A DNA stretch of 64,000 nucleotides from Macrostomum lignano (lineage: Eukaryota), in NCBI GenBank assembly GCA_002269645.1, contig NIVC01003396.1:1-64000 (forward strand), written 5' to 3'. Below are positions 61,735-64,000 of the stretch, piece by piece. A program made the position numbers and the translations under genes. The notes beneath the pieces are model-generated. The model did not search any database and was not told the DNA's origin. It worked only from the letters and a program-made list of their open reading frames with translations. Position 1 is the first letter of the stretch, and each line of letters starts with the position of its first letter.

Positions 61735-62350
61735 AATAGTTGAAAACGGTTCCCAGGCCAAGAAGCGTCCTGGAGTTGCTTGCGTCGACCCAGATTCGTT
61801 TCAGAGTCGTTGCAGGTAACATTGGTAGAACAGGAAAGAAGTGACTCTAGACGATTCTAAAACGACTAGATGTCACACTACGAGCGTAAAAGTCGCCAAA
61901 AAATCGTCAAAGAGTTTTTCAGTGTCAATTTGAAGCGTTATATTTTTCTGCGACTCTGAAACGACTTTGGGGCAACGCAAATGACTCTGGGACCGTAGAG
62001 TCGTATCTGAGACGTGCGAGAGTCGCTGTAGAATCATTATGTTGCGTCGAAAGTGCATCTACGCTCGTACGTCACTTTATGAATTCGAATCACTCTTTGA
62101 ATTATAACAACTCTATTTAGTCTACTTGAATTGTTAGAGTTGAATGATGGCACGACTCTAGACAACTTTTCGCGACTCTTTACGATTCTGCAGTTCTTGA
62201 GATGACTCAAAAGTCGCTTCATCATTGTATTACAGTCGTTTAAGTTGTTAAAAAGTCACAAGAGTCGCTAGTAGAGTCACCAAAGTTGCTAGAATAAGTT
62301 GTTTACCATGGCTCTTCAGCGATTATTGTCACGGTAACATTTTCAAAGGG
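61735..62350. mobile_element. Longer copy of the CCC...GGG non-autonomous DNA transposon family in anoctamin 3 intron 14
   Basis: Shares tgaaaacggt.cc, actctagac.a.tctaaaacgact.gatgtcac, taacaactctatt.agtctacttga and gtcacggtaacatttt.aaa.ggg with 53374-53814, plus an extra internal segment; left terminus decayed. Confidence 0.75.
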
Positions 62351-63419
62351 TACCGTTCTATTCATTTGGCATTATATCTACCGTCCTATCCTACCCTTTC
62401 AAAAAGCACTCTATTCGACTGTTGTAAAAGAAATCCTGCACTAATGATAGATTGTGTATTTTGGTTTTGGAGGTAGACAATGATTAATTTCAATGTCTTC
62501 CTAATGAAACAAAACTTTGAACAACCCGGGTAAAAATCATCATTTTAAGTTCAGCTGATCCGAAATAGCAATTTGAAGTATAGCTTCAAAACAAGCAAGT
62601 GAGCCTTAAAATAATTCTGCAATATTTCAGTGTGCTACGTCCAGAAACAAAGACACTTCTAGTGGTTCTTAGAAAATACATTTACTTACATTAGATATAA
62701 CGGACACCACCGCTATAACGTCAAGCAGGCTGGACCACATGCCAATGCCTTGGAACTGCAAAGACAGCGGTCGGCGAGTATCCTCAATCAGTCGTTTGGC
62801 AATGATTCGAAGGGCGAGGATATTGTTGAGAAGGGCGAACAGCGGAGCCAGTGGAAAAGCGGCTACAAAAATGGTTGCAAAACCAAATTACAGCACCAGC
62901 TGCAAAAAGTCGTTCCACAAGCCTTCGAAACTTAACAGGCAGTAGTCCGCCTCCCACGGTTTCAACTTTTGTCCGTTCAATAGCGTCGTTGAAAAACCGG
63001 TACGAATGCCTTGTATATAGATCTTAATTCTTCTGCAGATGAACAAGGTGATTATGTATACTCGTAGCATGGGGTTATAGATCATAGCAAAGATACTAAA
63101 ATCGACAAAATGACCAACTTACGGCAGGATTAGATCAATGCAATTGCTGAGCGCCTGTCTGCCTATCATAATAATAGCAAGGGTGAGCGTCAGATCTAAT
63201 AAACAGCCACCTTCATCGCACTCCTCTGGCCGGTAGCCAAGCAGGGAGTTGTAGTGTCCTGGGTAGCCGGAAAATCTAAAATTGGTGGCATTCGAGGCAG
63301 CGTTGCGATGGTAACTTGAGAAATTTCGGTTTTTGACGATGAACTCGAGGTTCGATAGGAGTATCGTGTAGCATTAATTTTGAGTAGCTATTTACAAGCG
63401 TATGATCAAGTTAACATAA

Positions 63420-63630
63420 GGAGAGGAAAGATGAGGGAGAAGAGAGGAGAGATGAAAAGAGGGAGATGAGAGAGGAGAGAGGAGAGAGGAGAGAGGAGAG
63501 AGGAGAGAGGAGAGATGAGAAAGGAGAGAGGAGAGAGGAGAAAGGAGAGGGGAGAGAGGAGAGAGGAGAGATGAGAAAGGAGAGAGGAGAGAGGAGAGAG
63601 GAGATTCGACTAGAGAGCTGAGAAGAGACG
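63420..63630. repeat. Polypurine (gagagga)n repeat in anoctamin 3 intron 12
   Basis: Read directly. Confidence 0.93.
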
Positions 63631-64000
63631 CACACCTTAAGCGGGCCGGATTGCTATTGTGAAGTTTGAAAGGACCTCCGGGGGGGGGGGGCGGAGGTCG
63701 CCATCCCCTGCTGTAATAAATGGGGACAGCTGGGCAAACCAATGAGAAAGGATTCGAACTGATTAGAATTCGTTATCATCATCAGACTAACCTGCCTTTG
63801 AAGAACGCAATATAGAATATTGACGAATAATAGTTCCAAATCTCAAAGATAAATATCTTCATTGTAACCTGATCGTCAAATTCCCATTGCGTTTTGTGCG
63901 CCTCTGAAATCGGATTAACAAATTCAATTCAAAAATTGAATTAGTATATCTTTTGAAAATTATACATCACGATTCGAGGCCGTTGCTTGCCCCATTCTGT

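Larger units (their letters stand above)
60768..64000 (-). pseudogene. Anoctamin / TMEM16 paralog 3, 3' part only, with an in-frame TAA at 62888-62890 (pseudogene, null allele, readthrough or sequence error unresolved)
   Basis: Exons 63991->64000, 63792-63903, 63123-63275, 62690-63032, 61479-61703, 60768-61121; lengths 112, 153 and 343 equal paralog 1. Reads ...[43 protein letters not shown].... Family identity is secure; only the pseudogene status is uncertain. Confidence 0.6.

Noticed and set aside
62888-62890. Alternative nuclear genetic code with TAA = Gln
   Set aside because: TAA ends paralog 2 (49019) and paralog 3 (60768), and no other in-frame TAA or TAG occurs in about 3000 reconstructed codons.

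Overview
Animal nuclear DNA, not prokaryotic. GC-rich exons, GT-AG introns with a baseline of about 75-125 nt (one of 45 nt), CTAA-type branch points and extreme minisatellite load resemble a free-living flatworm such as Macrostomum; that taxon is an inference. I reconstructed gene models by hand from splice sites and reading-frame continuity. (1) A 3-exon LRR + Ig-like single-pass membrane protein (+, 9041-12708, 567 aa). (2) A 3-exon cation-type Cys-loop / nicotinic-receptor-like subunit lacking the loop C vicinal cysteines (+, 32973-35694, 430 aa). (3) A tandem cluster of three anoctamin/TMEM16 paralogs on the minus strand. Two are complete 16-exon genes (37962-46425, 1042 aa; 49019-59882, 985 aa). 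The third runs off the window end (60768-64000); it has an in-frame TAA at the conserved Gln of the QFGF motif, a degenerate Ca2+ site and two GC splice donors. By my rough sum about 40% of the window is tandem repeat, in more than 30 arrays with units of 4-140 bp. Homologous introns of the anoctamin paralogs carry unrelated arrays, and three repeat families recur at separate loci without shared flanks. Also present: a tRNA-headed SINE family (6 copies), a CCC...GGG non-autonomous DNA transposon family (3 copies), an RNase H + zinc-knuckle non-LTR fragment, a probable CR1-type fragment, and a low-confidence Ly6/three-finger-like GPI-protein segment. Most long ORFs in the supplied track are artefacts of stop-free repeat units. 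Repeat and transposon boundaries are approximate.
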